A stretch of DNA of 38,984 nt, taken from Welwitschia mirabilis. Taxonomy: Eukaryota. Of this stretch, positions 24,704 through 36,669 are shown in pieces. Location of the stretch: positions 49,955,277 through 49,994,260 of the forward strand of contig JBOZIK010000001.1 in the NCBI GenBank assembly GCA_051453625.1, given 5' to 3'. The notes beneath the pieces are model-generated. The model made no database searches. It saw only the letters and a program-made list of their open reading frames with translations, and was not told the DNA's origin. The number at the start of each line of letters is the position of its first letter. Position 1 is the first letter of the stretch. Both the position numbers and the translations under genes were made by a program.

Positions 24704-26843
24704 GTTTTATAATAGCAATGTGATAAATTTTCAAGTATAGAATCCATTTATAATTTAAATATATGTAATAGTAAATCTTGTAATTTGCACTTATGTTTTA
24801 GAATTAAGAGTCATATTTATCATAGAACACATATCATACTCTCTATCTTTATATATTATGAATTAACAACTTTAGAATTTCCCATGTGTAATCTCCCATG
24901 TGTTATTCATAATTCTTCATGATGATTAAGATATTACTTTATTTATAAAACTAGGTTTAAAAGAAAATGTAATTTAAGATGATAGGAATTTATGGCCATT
25001 TATCCCTGAGACAGATGCATAGAAATTGTTTTTACATTAAAGACATCATCATTCATAGAAGTTATCCTTTCATTATAGGATAGATCTTGACATATAATAT
25101 CCCTTTATTAATGAGTTTATTTTAATTATTATTTAGGCATAAGGCAAAAACAAGCTCCTATTTCTTATTTAATTCAATCATTTAAATTACTTTATAACAT
25201 AGATCTATGTCTAATTTGGTTATTTAAATTCATTAATCATATCTGATTTCTTTGAATAAATTAATTAGATAAGTTTATATCTTATTTGCATTTGTTTTTT
25301 TTAATTTATACATTATGAGTAAAGTGCATACATGAATTTCATATTTGAGTTTGACAAGTGACTTTAGCTAGGACTATTATTAGAAACATGTTATAATTTT
25401 TTTTCTTATTAAAGGTAAAAATTTTATATTAATAGATTTGAGTTATTAAAAAATAAAAAATTTCTAAACCATTGATTTTATAAATGTAGAATTCACTAGT
25501 GTTTTAATTTGCTTATGAAAAATATATGTACTTTATTAATCTCTATTCCTTCTAAGTTTAAATAAGTTTTAATCACTTAAGAACCAAAATAGATTTTTAC
25601 ATTAGGAGGAGGGCACTAGATAAAATGCCACACAACAAAATCAAAATGAATCTAACACTGTAAGGAAACTTCATAATACTTTCATAGTACATTTTTGTAT
25701 TTTCATCATATTTTTGAATCATATTTTTCCTTTGAATATTCTTTTTCTTTTCTTTTCTTCTTTTTACTTTTCTTTCTTTCATGGAAAGTAATTTAGACAT
25801 ATATCAAGGCATTAATAATTTATAGCATCATAATGAAGTTGATGAAGAGATAAAGAATATAACATGAGTAATTTAATTAAGTGTATTTCTCTTTCTTTTA
25901 ATGAAAGTTCATAGGTATTTGAATACCTCTCAATTAGCTAAAATCAAAATGATCATTCATAAATCAAGGTATTACATGCTGAAAAATTAAAATAAAATCA
26001 AGGTATTACATATGAAAGAAGAGAAACTATCTAAATAATAACCATAAAAGACAAATGGTGAACATAATTCCATAAGATCAATTACTTCAATAAGATATTA
26101 TTTTTTTCTATGTTGATCATTATTTGAAAAGTTAGTTTAGCCATCAAAATTATACTTTTAAGTGAAATAAGGACCAAACCATTTTAAAATAAATTGATTA
26201 AATATGAAATGCATAAAATCATTCTTAAAAAGCATCAATTGATAATATTAAATTAAACTTGATATAATCATGATAGAACAAATTTAAAAAGATAAATAAG
26301 GGAAGAAAACTGATATAATTCATTTAAAAATACTCTCCTATCAAATTGGTATAAATGGTGTAAGCATAATTGTCATTTAAAACATCATTGTTATTACTCA
26401 AGAAGAAGATATGGATTTTAGAAATAGGACTTCTAAGAGAATTGATTAACACATGGTTGAAATGATTAAGAATTTCTTTAAGTCAAGGTATAGATTAGTC
26501 TCAAGAAGATAAGTATTTTCCCAATTTAAAGTCTCAAGTAATGCCAAGTCATGTTTTATAGAAATATAAATATCATTGAAGTTATAACATACAATCAATT
26601 TGGGAGTATAGGGGATGATGTTACCTTGAGGTTCATATTTGATAGGATTAGACCCACTTGGTTTGGTTTATTTATCATGATAAGTCTATCCTCCATTGAA
26701 CTTTGTTGGTTCTCATGGCTATCTTTTTATCCTTGTCTTCATTATTGTTATCATTATTACTTGATTGAATGTTATCCTCATCATGCTCTAAATAATTGGA
26801 TTTGTCTTCAAAAAGATTAAAAAGAAAAATGTTACCATATTTT

Positions 26844-27302
26844 TTATGTATTTGAACGTCTGTAGAATTTTTTTAAAGTTAGTACTTCTTCATCATATTC
26901 CAAAAGTAAGTGGATATTGGAGAAATAGTTTAAAATTTTTATTCTATCATCATCCTCATCCTCATCTTCATTAATTTGTTGAGTTGAAACTTCATCATTC
27001 TCACTTGGACTATCCTCTAAAAGGGCAAAACATTCCTCTAAAATTTCTATCATCTCATTATTATCTTTCAAACAAGAGTTGGTATCACTCTATATACTAA
27101 TTTAAATGTCCTATTACTCATTTCAAAGGTAGGAATTAGAAGATGTAGTGGAGTAGGCTTGAGAATGTTGTTGATTATAGACTTGAGCAATGACTTCTAC
27201 TAATTTCTCTAAATTTTTCCTCAGTCTCTCACTTTGTTTATGCTCTTTATTTAGTTTGTTTCATAACTTCATAAAGGGATTGAAATAAATAATATTATTC
27301 AT
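26844..27302 (-). pseudogene. Degenerate acidic/coiled-coil ORF, probably the first ORF of a minus-strand non-chromovirus (Athila/Tat) gypsy relic
   Basis: ATG at 27302 is in frame with the 26844-27071 ORF: MNNIIYFNPFMKL*NKLNKEHKQSERLRKNLEKLVEVIAQVYNQQHSQ...LEECFALLEDSPSENDEVSTQQINEDEDEDDD. It lies downstream of a weak PBS relic (minus strand 27478-27463, TTGCATTGGAAGAAGA vs tRNA-Asn-type TGGCGCTAGAAGGAGG, 10/16) and an LTR-like CA end at 27481. Confidence 0.4.
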
Positions 27303-27529
27303 GATCTATTTCTTGTTTATATTATTTCATATAAGGAGGTTAATGTTTATTAAATCTACTATTGAGAGCTTCTCTAAATGAGTAAAAATTACTAAAGCAA
27401 TAAGATCCATTAACATACCTATATGAAGGTTGAAAAAAAGAGTGTTGAAAATAAGAATTATGTCTTCTTCCAATGCAAAATGTGTCTTCTTTTTGGCGAG
27501 GATTTCATGGAGAGGATTTTGTCTTCTTC

Positions 27530-29121
27530 TATTAATAAATATAATTTTGATTATTCCACTTGTTAAATATTTTATATTAATATGTAGATAGGTCAGTATC
27601 AAAAGGATCAGATATTAATTGGCCTTAGATCATGATGGATGTTCAAAAACAACATCTCACAAAAAGGATTAATTAATAAAATACAAAATTAATTATTTAA
27701 AAACATTTGGGAAATTGAAGACATATTAATTAAAAAAATCTAGAAAATTAAAGACATCTCAAATGTACTTGAAATCAAGTCACAGACTAAAATATGACTA
27801 CCATATTCAAGATAATTGAGCTGAAAGTTGAACCTGACATAAATAAAGATGTTTGCATATTTAAAGATGTCTATACTGAGATGAAATAGGTAACAAAGTT
27901 AGTTTTAATTTTAACTAATATCTTGTATTTCAAATAAGCTATGAAATTGTACATCACGAATTCATGATTATGGAGATCTAAAGATACTATAAAGCCAAAT
28001 TCATTAAAATTTGGATAAGATGACTAAAGATGTCTACAAGATGAAGACATCTAGTTATAAATAGGCATCTATGAAAGTAAAGACATCTTGAATCAGATTT
28101 CACATTGATTAAAACTAAAATTATGTGCTTGATGCCTAGAAGTTGCTTATCCATTACATGATGATTACAAAATTAAACGACTACCTTTTAAGCTTAAACA
28201 ANNNNNNNNNNNNNNNNNNNNNNNNNNNNNNNNNNNNNNNNNNNNNNNNNNNNNNNNNNNNNNNNNNNNNNNNNNNNNNNNNNNNNNNNNNNNNNNNNNN
28301 NAGATCTTTTTAAATTGTATAAAAGCTTGATAACATGAAAAAAATAAAAAATGTTTAGCATTACAATGAATACTCAGCTTCTAAATCTTGGCATACAATA
28401 ATCAAATAAAAAATAAAGAACACACAAGTATAATAAACTTCTCATGAAGAATCAAAGGCATCATTTACAAGGAGCTTGTATTGCTTTCATAATTTGATCT
28501 TGGATCTACATTGCTATTATCTTCATTTATATCATGATGTAATAATAATATCAAGGCCCTTCAATATTCATCAAAAAAATATATTCAGACTTATTATTAT
28601 ATTGTACTTTTAGTTTTACATTATTGACTATCTTATTATTGAATATTGTTGTAAGTCTATTCTTGAATATCAAATACTTTATAAGGCAAATCTTGTAGGG
28701 GTGTGCATTTGATATTGTATTTTTAGCTACTTATTTAATGTAGGATCATTGATGAGCCAAAAAACCATTATTTCCTTGTAAGAAAGAGAGTGCTACCTTG
28801 TAAGGAGACTCTTCGATATTATAAAGGTTCATGGTGTGCCTATGAAAACTAGTATTTTCTTGAGGGGGAGAGAGTGCTATCTTATGAAGAGACTCCCATT
28901 TATTGAAAGGTTGATGATACATTAAAAAATCACTATTTTCTTATACATCAAGAATATCCAGAGGTGGGATTAAAAGCTACCCTCTACATGTGGATGTACC
29001 AAGTTTGGGAAACCACGTTATTTTGTAAGGTGTTTTTATTATACATTTTTATTCTGATATTGATTTAATATTTATATGATGGAACTCATTTACCCCTCCC
29101 TTATAAGTTCAATGATCCTTA
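27530..29121 (+). repeat. 5' LTR of the SIRE element
   Basis: Collinear with 33789-35126 (ttaataaatataattttgattattccact vs ttgataaatctagttttgatgattccact); ends just before the PBS; contains ~82-bp internal repeats at 28762-28942. Confidence 0.85.
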
Positions 29122-29123
29122 AG

Positions 29124-29135
29124 TGGTATCAGGGA
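29124..29135 (+). promoter_or_regulatory. Primer-binding site for initiator tRNA-Met
   Basis: TGGTATCAGGGA versus the consensus TGGTATCAGAGC. Confidence 0.85.
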
Positions 29136-29173
29136 AGGTACTCACAAAAATGATTAACTTTCTTAAGTACACA

Positions 29174-32100
29174 ATGGAAGGGGTGCCATCTATTAGACCT
29201 CTCTTCTTCAAATGGATAGACTACACCTATAGAAAGATGAGGATACAAATGTTCTTACATTTTTTTGAGTTTTAGATTTAGAGAAATGAAAATGAAGGAT
29301 ACATAGAAATCACAATAGGTACTAAAAAAATAAAATGAATAAACTTATCCTACTTTCATGGCCGTGACACTTTCTTAAGAAGAAAAAGCTGAGATAAGAG
29401 AAGAAGATGAATAAGATAGTGAAGACAACAAAGGTTTGAATCTTTAAGAAAGAGATGAACTAATTTTTGAAGAGTGTATTAAACTAGAAAAGTATGTATT
29501 AAGATGAAAAATTTACTTCATATTCATGAATAATCCTATGAATAAGAAAATAATATTAGCAATAAATTATCTTCAGAAAACTCAGCTCTTAAAATTAAGG
29601 ATAGTAAACTAACATGTGAATTAAAGTTTATAAGATAGGAACTATTTGATTCAAGAATGATTAATGAAAAATTCACCCAAGAAAAGAAGACATTAAATAT
29701 CATGCTTGGATAATGTAGATGATCAAATGACAAAAGTGGCATGAGACATAGTAAAGCTACAATAAGTACTTTAGCCTTCTTATTTGACAAATGGAACTAA
29801 AACCCAAGATTATTATCTATTATTATTATCATAATAGAGGTCATTATCAATGAATTAGAACTTGGAGTAGTGAAGAAGCATGCATGATGTGTTGACATTA
29901 GATGCTCTAGGAGATAAATCAAGAAAAATTTGGGTACTAAATCCAAAATTAACTCTTTTAGCTCAAATAGCACTTGGAGTAGTGAAGAGACATGCATGGT
30001 ATGTTGACATTAGATGCCCTAGATACATGACTAAAGGCAAATCAAGAAAAATTTGGGTACCAAAATCAAAAGCNNNNNNNNNNCATGGTATGCTGAAATG
30101 AGATGCTCTAAACACATGACTAGAGATAAATCTAGCTTCACCACCTTAGTGGAAGAAGCTAAAAGAGTTTTAACTTTTAGAGATAACACAAAAGAATCAA
30201 TCAAAGGCATTAGTATCATTGGAGGAGGTAATTTAATATAGGTAAAAGATGTATTCTTTAGAAGCTTTGAAACATAATCTTTTAAGTGTAAGTTAACTCT
30301 ATGATGTAAAGTTTTTTGTTATGTTTACAAAAAATGGTTGTGATATAAGAGAATAAAATACTACCAAAATCTTATTTTTTGGTGTAAGGAAATTAAATTT
30401 TCATATCATCACCTTGCAAGATATATATAATAATGGAATCAAGTGTTTTATTAGCAAAATAGATGAACTATAGCTATGGCATAGGAAGATTGATTCTATA
30501 AATAAATATATTTTCAAAATATTATCTATAAAGGAAAGGATAAGAGGACTTTCTAAGTTTAAAAGCATTGATAATTAGATTGTAAAGCTTGTTAAAAAGA
30601 AAAGTAGTCAAAGGTAAATTTTGATAAGAAAAATATTATTTCTATTGAATGTTCATTAGATCTCTTACATTTAGACATTATTGATTCTTCATCTATAGAA
30701 ATCTTAGATAAAAAAGATATTACTTAATACTTGTAGATGATTTTTCTTGTTTTACATGGATAGCCTTCCTTGCTTATAAGGATGAATCCTTGAATACCAT
30801 TTCTAAGTTGTCCATCAGGTTATAAAACTAAAAGGGATATAGGATTAAAATGATAAGAATTGATAATGGGATCAAATTTAAAAATGCAAAATTTAGAGAA
30901 TTTAAATGGAGTGATTAAAGGAAAGAATAGAATTCTCAACAAAATTAGTAGGATAATGATGCATGATAAAAATGTACCAGATCATTTTTGGGTAAAAGCA
31001 GATAATATAGCATGCTATGTTTCTAATAAAGTTTTGGTAAGAAGATTCACTTTAGAGACTTCATATGAGTTATGGTCAGGTAGAAAAATTTTTTCAATTA
31101 CTTTTATATCTTTAAATTAAAATTCTTAATTTTAAATGAAAAGGATAAGTTAAAGAAGTTTAATTCAAAAGTTAATGAAGGAATTTTTCTAGAATATTTT
31201 ATAGTCAATAAGGCTTATAAGATGTACAATAATAAAACCTATGTAGTTGGGTAAACTATAAATGTTAAAATAAATAATATTGAGTTAACTCCTATAAATG
31301 TGAAAGAGGATTATACTCCTATGTAGATCCTCTAGACATTTTTAAATTTAATCTCATGGTGATAAAGAAAAAGAAGAAGAAATAGAAAATCAAAATCCAT
31401 CAATCATGATCAAAATAAAAAAGAGTTACTCTATTAGAAACATTATAAGAAGTCCTTATAGAGGCATTCAAACTAGAAGTCATATTAGAGACTTTTATAG
31501 CTATACAACTTATGTCTCTCAACTTGAACCTAAAACTTTCAAAGAAACTAAAAGTAATGAAAATTAGATGGTTTCTATGCAAGAATAGCTTAATCAATTT
31601 GAAAGATGCAATGTTTAAGAGCTTACTCCAAGATCTTCTAATAGATCAGTCATTGGCACCAAGTGGGTTTTCAAAAATAAAATAGATGAACATGGCAATG
31701 TTATTAAAAACAAAGAAAGATTAGTGACAAAAAGTTACAATCAATAAGTAGAAATTAACTTTGAAGAAACCTTTGCTCCTATGGATCATATGGAATTAAT
31801 AAGAATGCTTATAGCCTTTGTGTGCATGATAGGTTCAAATTTTATCAAATGGATGTCAAAAGTGATTTTATAAATGGAAATATTCAACAAGAAGTATATG
31901 ATAAAAAATCAAATAAATTCATTAACTCATAAAAATCTAATCATGTCTACAAATTAAAGAAGATTTTCTAGGGTCTTAAACAAGCTCTAAGAGCTTGGTA
32001 TGAAAAACTCTTAGGTTATTTAATTGAAAACCATTTTAAAAGAGGTACTTTAGATGTGATATTATTCATTAGAAATAAATATTTTATTATTTTTTAAATT

Positions 32101-32929
32101 TATGTAGATGATATTGTTTTTTGGTGCTACTAATGAATCATCGTATAAGAAATTTGCTAAGATTATGTAGGATGAGTTTTAAATGCATTCCATAAGAGAA
32201 ATAAGCAACTTTTGGGGACTTCAAGTCATGCAACATAAGCAACATACATTTATTTCATAAGCTAAATATGTTAAAAATTATAAGAAGGTGGATCAAAAGC
32301 TATACAGAGTATGACTATTAGTCTATTATATCTTAAAGATAATCGACTTGATATTATGTTAAGTATAGGAATTTTTATACATTATCAAAATAATCCTAGG
32401 AAATCACATCTCATAACTATCAAAAAATGTTTTTATTACTTAAAGAATACTACTAATTGGGGTCTTTGATACTCAAAGCACTCCTCCCTTGATCTAGTAG
32501 GGTATTATGATGTAGATTGGACTCAATGCAAAGATGATAAAATAAGTGTAGCTTTTTGCTTGGATAATGCCTAATTTCTTAGAGTAGTAAAAAAACAAAA
32601 TTCAATCACTCTATTAACAACTAAGGTTAGGTATATTTCCACTATAAGTTATAAAAAATTAAAAGATTTTGATGTTGTAAAACATTGAAAGATTTTGGTC
32701 TTTCCATGGATAGCATTCCTATTTACTGTAATAACAAGAGTGTAATCAATATATCCAAAAATCCTATACAATACTTTAGAACTAAGCACATTTAGATATG
32801 ATATCACTTTCTTAGAGAACATGTTCAAAACAAAAATATTATAATGCAATACATCAGTACAGATGATCAACTTGTAGATGTGTTTACAAAACCTCTAAGT
32901 ACTAAAAGATATGTAAAGTTATGTAGAAA
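29174..32929 (+). pseudogene. gag-pol: Copia gag-pol polyprotein pseudogene (many stops, frameshifts and deletions)
   Basis: gag MEGVPSIRPLFFKWIDYTYRKMRIQMFL; protease WYVDIRCPRYMT (~WYLDSGCSRHMTG); integrase LWHRK, LDLLHLDI, VPDHFWVKADNIACYVSNKVLVR; RT VIGTKWVFKNKIDEHGNVIKNKERLV, QMDVKS, GLKQALRAWYEKL, YVDDI; RNase H ISKNP..RTKHI, DDQLVDVFTKPL. Confidence 0.95.
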
Positions 32930-33447
32930 NNNNNNNNNNNNNNNNNNNNNNNNNNNNNNNNNNNNNNNNNNNNNNNNNNNNATTCTCAACTCCACATTAT
33001 ATTTATCTTATGAACTAAAATAGCAATTACATTTAGTTAGTATAGTTATAGTTAAATTATGTATGTGATATTTATCTTTTTTACACTATGATTGTTATGC
33101 CTACTACAATCATAGATATTTTCAAAAAATCTAGAACTTTTACTATAGATGTCTTCATATTTGTAGACGTCTCTGAGATAGACATCTTAAAGAATTATAG
33201 ACATCTTTATTTATAATGTTACCAAAAAATGATTAGCAAAACATTAGCTAGTACCTCTAAAGACACAAACTCAAGGGAAGTGCCAGACTCCTAAGAAGGC
33301 ATACATGTAGGGGGAGTATTATTCTTGAATCTATATTACTTTTCTATACTATTCAAAAAGGGAAATAAGTTTTTGTGAATTGGTGGCATTAATGGTATTC
33401 AGGGGGGTAAATTTTTATAATGAATAATGCTCTGTTTTTCATGAATG

Positions 33448-33450
<3 letters not shown>

Positions 33451-33478
<28 letters not shown>
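33451..33478. repeat. (TA)n microsatellite running into a gap
   Basis: 14 visible TA units. Confidence 0.95.
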
Positions 33479-33788
33479 NNNNNNNNNNNNNNNNNACATG
33501 ATATATTCTATGCTCTAATGTATTTTTCTTAATAAATTATCAATTATTCTTGTGTCTTTAGCTAAACTTCTTAATTAGATCTTTAACATGTCTTAATATA
33601 TTTTTTTAAGTGATATATCTATGTATCTTTATCTAATTTCAAGTGGTCTTTATCATGCTTTTTCAATATCATTACATACTTTGGTTATATTCATTTATAT
33701 GGATTATAAATGTCTAATTTTAATTGATTAGATGAGATTATACTAATAAGATTTACCAAGTTTTGAACATCATAAAAAACCAGGAGAT

Positions 33789-35126
33789 CATTGATAAATC
33801 TAGTTTTGATGATTCCACTTATCAAATATTTTATGTCAGCATATAGATAGATTAATACCAAAAGCAACAGATATTGATTGATCTTAGACCATGATAGATC
33901 TTTAAAGATAACATCTCATAAAAAGGATTAGTTAATAAAATACAATCAATTATTTGAAGACATCTAGGAAATTAAAGATGTCTTGATTGAATATGTCTAA
34001 AAAATTGAAGATGCCTTAGATGTACTAGAAATCAAGTCACATACTAAAAGATGACTATCATATTTAAGATGATTGAGCTGAATGTTGAAATTGATATAAA
34101 TGAAGAAATCTACATATTTGAAGATGTCCATACTGAGTCAAAATAAGTAATAAATTCAATTTAATTTTTGACTAACATCTTGTATTTTAGGTGATTTATG
34201 AACTTGTACATCACAGATTCATGATTACAAAGGTTTAAGTGTATTATAAAGCCAAATTCATTAAAATATAGATAAGAGGATTGAAGTATTATATAAGGTA
34301 AATATGTTTGATTGTTAGTAGACACCTACAAAAGTAAAGATGTATTAAACCAAAGTTCATGTTAATTAAAATCGAAGTTACAAACCCCACATTTAGATAT
34401 TGCCTATCCATTACATGGTGATTGCAAAGTTAAATGGAAAACTTTTAAGCTCAAATAACTAGATCTTCTTTAACCATATAAAATCCCAACATGATCAAAA
34501 AAAGAAAAAACTTTTGATACTATAATGAATATTTAGCTTCTGAACCTTGGCATACAATAATCATATCAAGAACAAAGAACACATGAGTGTGAGAAACATC
34601 TCATAAAGAATTAAAGGCATAATTTGCAAGGAACTTGAATTACTTTCATCATTTGATTTTGGATCTACATTGTTGTTATATTCATTCATACTTGTGATGA
34701 CAAAAATAATACTAAGTATCTTAAATCTTTATCAAAGCATATTTTCAGGTTTTTTGTTGTATTGTACTTTTGGTTTTACATTGTGGACTATCTTACTATT
34801 GAATATTGTTATAAGTTCATTCTTGAATATTAACCACTTTGTAAGGAAACCATTGTAGGGGTGTGTATTTGAGATTATGCTTTTCAGTACTTATTTGATG
34901 TAAGGTTATTAATGAAGCAGAAAACTATTATTCCCTTATGAGGGAGAGAGTGTGCCTTATGAGAAGACTTTTACTATTGTAAAGGTTTTTGATTTATCTC
35001 TAAAAACCATTATTCCCTTGAGGAGGAGACATTGATGTCTTGCGAGAAGACTCTTATTTATTGTAAGCTTGGTGGTATGCTAGTAAAACACTATTTTCTT
35101 GTAGGTTAAGAATATCTAGAGGTGTG
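33789..35126 (+). repeat. 3' LTR of the SIRE element, truncated by a later insertion
   Basis: Similarity to the 5' LTR stops after aagaatatctagaggtg (cf. 28950-28966); the last ~155 bp of U5 are absent from the window. Confidence 0.85.
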
Positions 35127-35601
35127 TGTTGTGATGTTTATTTTTGCAATCCTTTATGTCTTACTTAATCCTATTAGTTACAAATAGATATATTGTAAAA
35201 TACAATACAATAGTATAGATGGAGTGATCCAAATGTTGTAAATTCATTAAAAAATGAAGAATGAGAATTGATTTTCAAAGAAATATTGTATTATTTTAAA
35301 ATCTAAGAATAATGCAAGAAATAATGTAATGAAACACACTTATGAAAATGCAAATGTAACCTATTCTAGATGAACACCTATCTAATTATCAAATTGACTT
35401 ATTAAGAAGATTGACCTTGTATAACCTAAATTAGTTAGGAAAACTATTACTAACTAAGACTAACTTAATCTATTAAGTAAGTCAAATAGAATGTAATGCA
35501 AGTTAATCTAAAAATGCACTTAAACTAATATCGTTAACCTTAAAAAGTGAAATTTTCACTGAGTTAGATATAATATAAACTATAAGGGATATGTAAAGAA
35601 T
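35127..35601 (-). mobile_element. 3' end of a minus-strand LTR (family of 1867-2241), itself split by the CACTA element and probably resuming at 38883
   Basis: The reverse complement ends aataaacatcacaaca and is collinear with 1867-2241. Confidence 0.55.
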
Positions 35602-35619
35602 TGCTACAAGAAATATGAT

Positions 35620-35850
35620 CTTTTAAGGCATTTCTACAATGCCTTAAAGATATATAACACAAAACGCTTCAAAATCCNNNNNNNNNNNNNNNNNNNNNNT
35701 TTTAAAACATTTCTAAGGCGTTTCGATATAAATGTCTTAAAATTCCTTTTGAGGCATTTTTAAAAGAAATGCCTCACTATAAAAGTGTTTTCAAGGCATT
35801 TAGCTCAAATGCCTTTTTGAGGCATTTATCCAATAAATTCCTTAAAAAGA
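35620..35850. repeat. Left CACTA subterminal repeat cluster
   Basis: ttttaaggcattt, aatgccttaaa, taaggcgttt, gaggcatttt, aaatgcctca, caaggcattt in both orientations. Confidence 0.85.
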
Positions 35851-36397
35851 CATCACATGGAAAAAAAAATTTACAAATCCAGATAATTTTTAGAAGATAA
35901 AATTATAAATCCATTACTAATTTTTAAAGAACAATGTTTATAGTTATTTGTGCATATCAATAACAAACAAGTCATTACTTGTTTCACTTCATTAGAAAAG
36001 CTTATCTCTAACATATTTGCTAGGGCTTTAATACATGATTCAGTAGAAGAAATTGTAGCTTTACCATCTTTAGTACAAATAAGATAATAATAAATTGTAA
36101 GGATTTTCTGTAANNNNNNNNNNNNNNNNNNNNNNNNNNNNNNNNNNNNNNNNNNNNNNNNNNNNNNNNNNNNNNNNNNNNNNNNNNNNNNNNNNNNNNN
36201 NNNNNNNNNNNNNNNNNNNNNNNNNNNNNNNNNNNNNNNNNNNNNNNNNNNNNNNNNNNNNNNNNNNNNNNNNNNNNNNNNNNNNNNNNNNNNNNNNNNN
36301 NNNNNNNNNNNNNNNNNNNNNNNNNNNNNNNNNNNNNNNNNNNNNNNNNNNNNNNNNNNNNNNNNNNNNNNNNNNNNNNNNNNNNNNNNNNNNNNTA

Positions 36398-36664
36398 GAG
36401 CTAGAGAGAGGATCGAAGATCAAATTTATAATGGATTTGTTAAACCTATGTGAAATAAGTGGGGGAAAACTATTAGCATTCAGTCAAGTACTGAGGCCAT
36501 TGGATTGAGCTTTTTAGATTACATGGTAGTACTATCTTAGAGGCAAGGGAATAGAGTAACACTAATTGAATAATTCAAACAAGTCAAAAGTTCTGTTTGC
36601 ATGAATTAAGACCTATGGAGAAGGAATTAACCTTACAATTACTAGCAGAGTGGTTCTTCTAGAT
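36398..36664 (+). pseudogene. DRD1: Captured fragment of a DRD1/CLSY-subfamily SNF2 chromatin remodeller (helicase C-terminal domain); closest recalled match is DRD1/CHR35
   Basis: ELERGSKIKFIMDLLNLCEISGGKLLAFSQVLRPLD / ELFRLHGSTILEARE* / LNNSNKSKVLFA*IKTYGEGINLTITSRVVLLD. Recalled plant DRD1 pattern: [31 protein letters not shown]...EVFVLTG....EQREW...FN.S.[28 protein letters not shown]. Two frameshifts, an internal deletion and stops. The 5' part is hidden in gap 36114-36395. Confidence 0.85.
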
Positions 36665-36669
36665 AATTA

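Larger units (their letters stand above)
27530..35126 (+). mobile_element. Decayed SIRE (Sirevirus)-type Ty1/copia LTR retrotransposon, no env-like ORF; 3' LTR interrupted at 35126
   Basis: Paired LTRs, iMet PBS, gag-PR-IN-RT-RH order, SIRE-type U5 motif relic catttacccctccc (29087-29100), and multiple PPT-like tracts upstream of the 3' LTR (aggggga 33309, aggggggt 33401, aaaaaccaggagat ~33775-33788). Confidence 0.9.

Noticed and set aside
32930-33788. Sirevirus env-like ORF between pol and the 3' LTR
   Set aside because: The interval is only ~860 bp, AT-rich and stop-rich, and holds the multi-PPT tracts and a TA microsatellite.
36398-36664. Functional host DRD1 gene exon
   Set aside because: It has frameshifts, stops and an internal deletion, ends abruptly before the final helicase motif, and is enclosed by CACTA termini.
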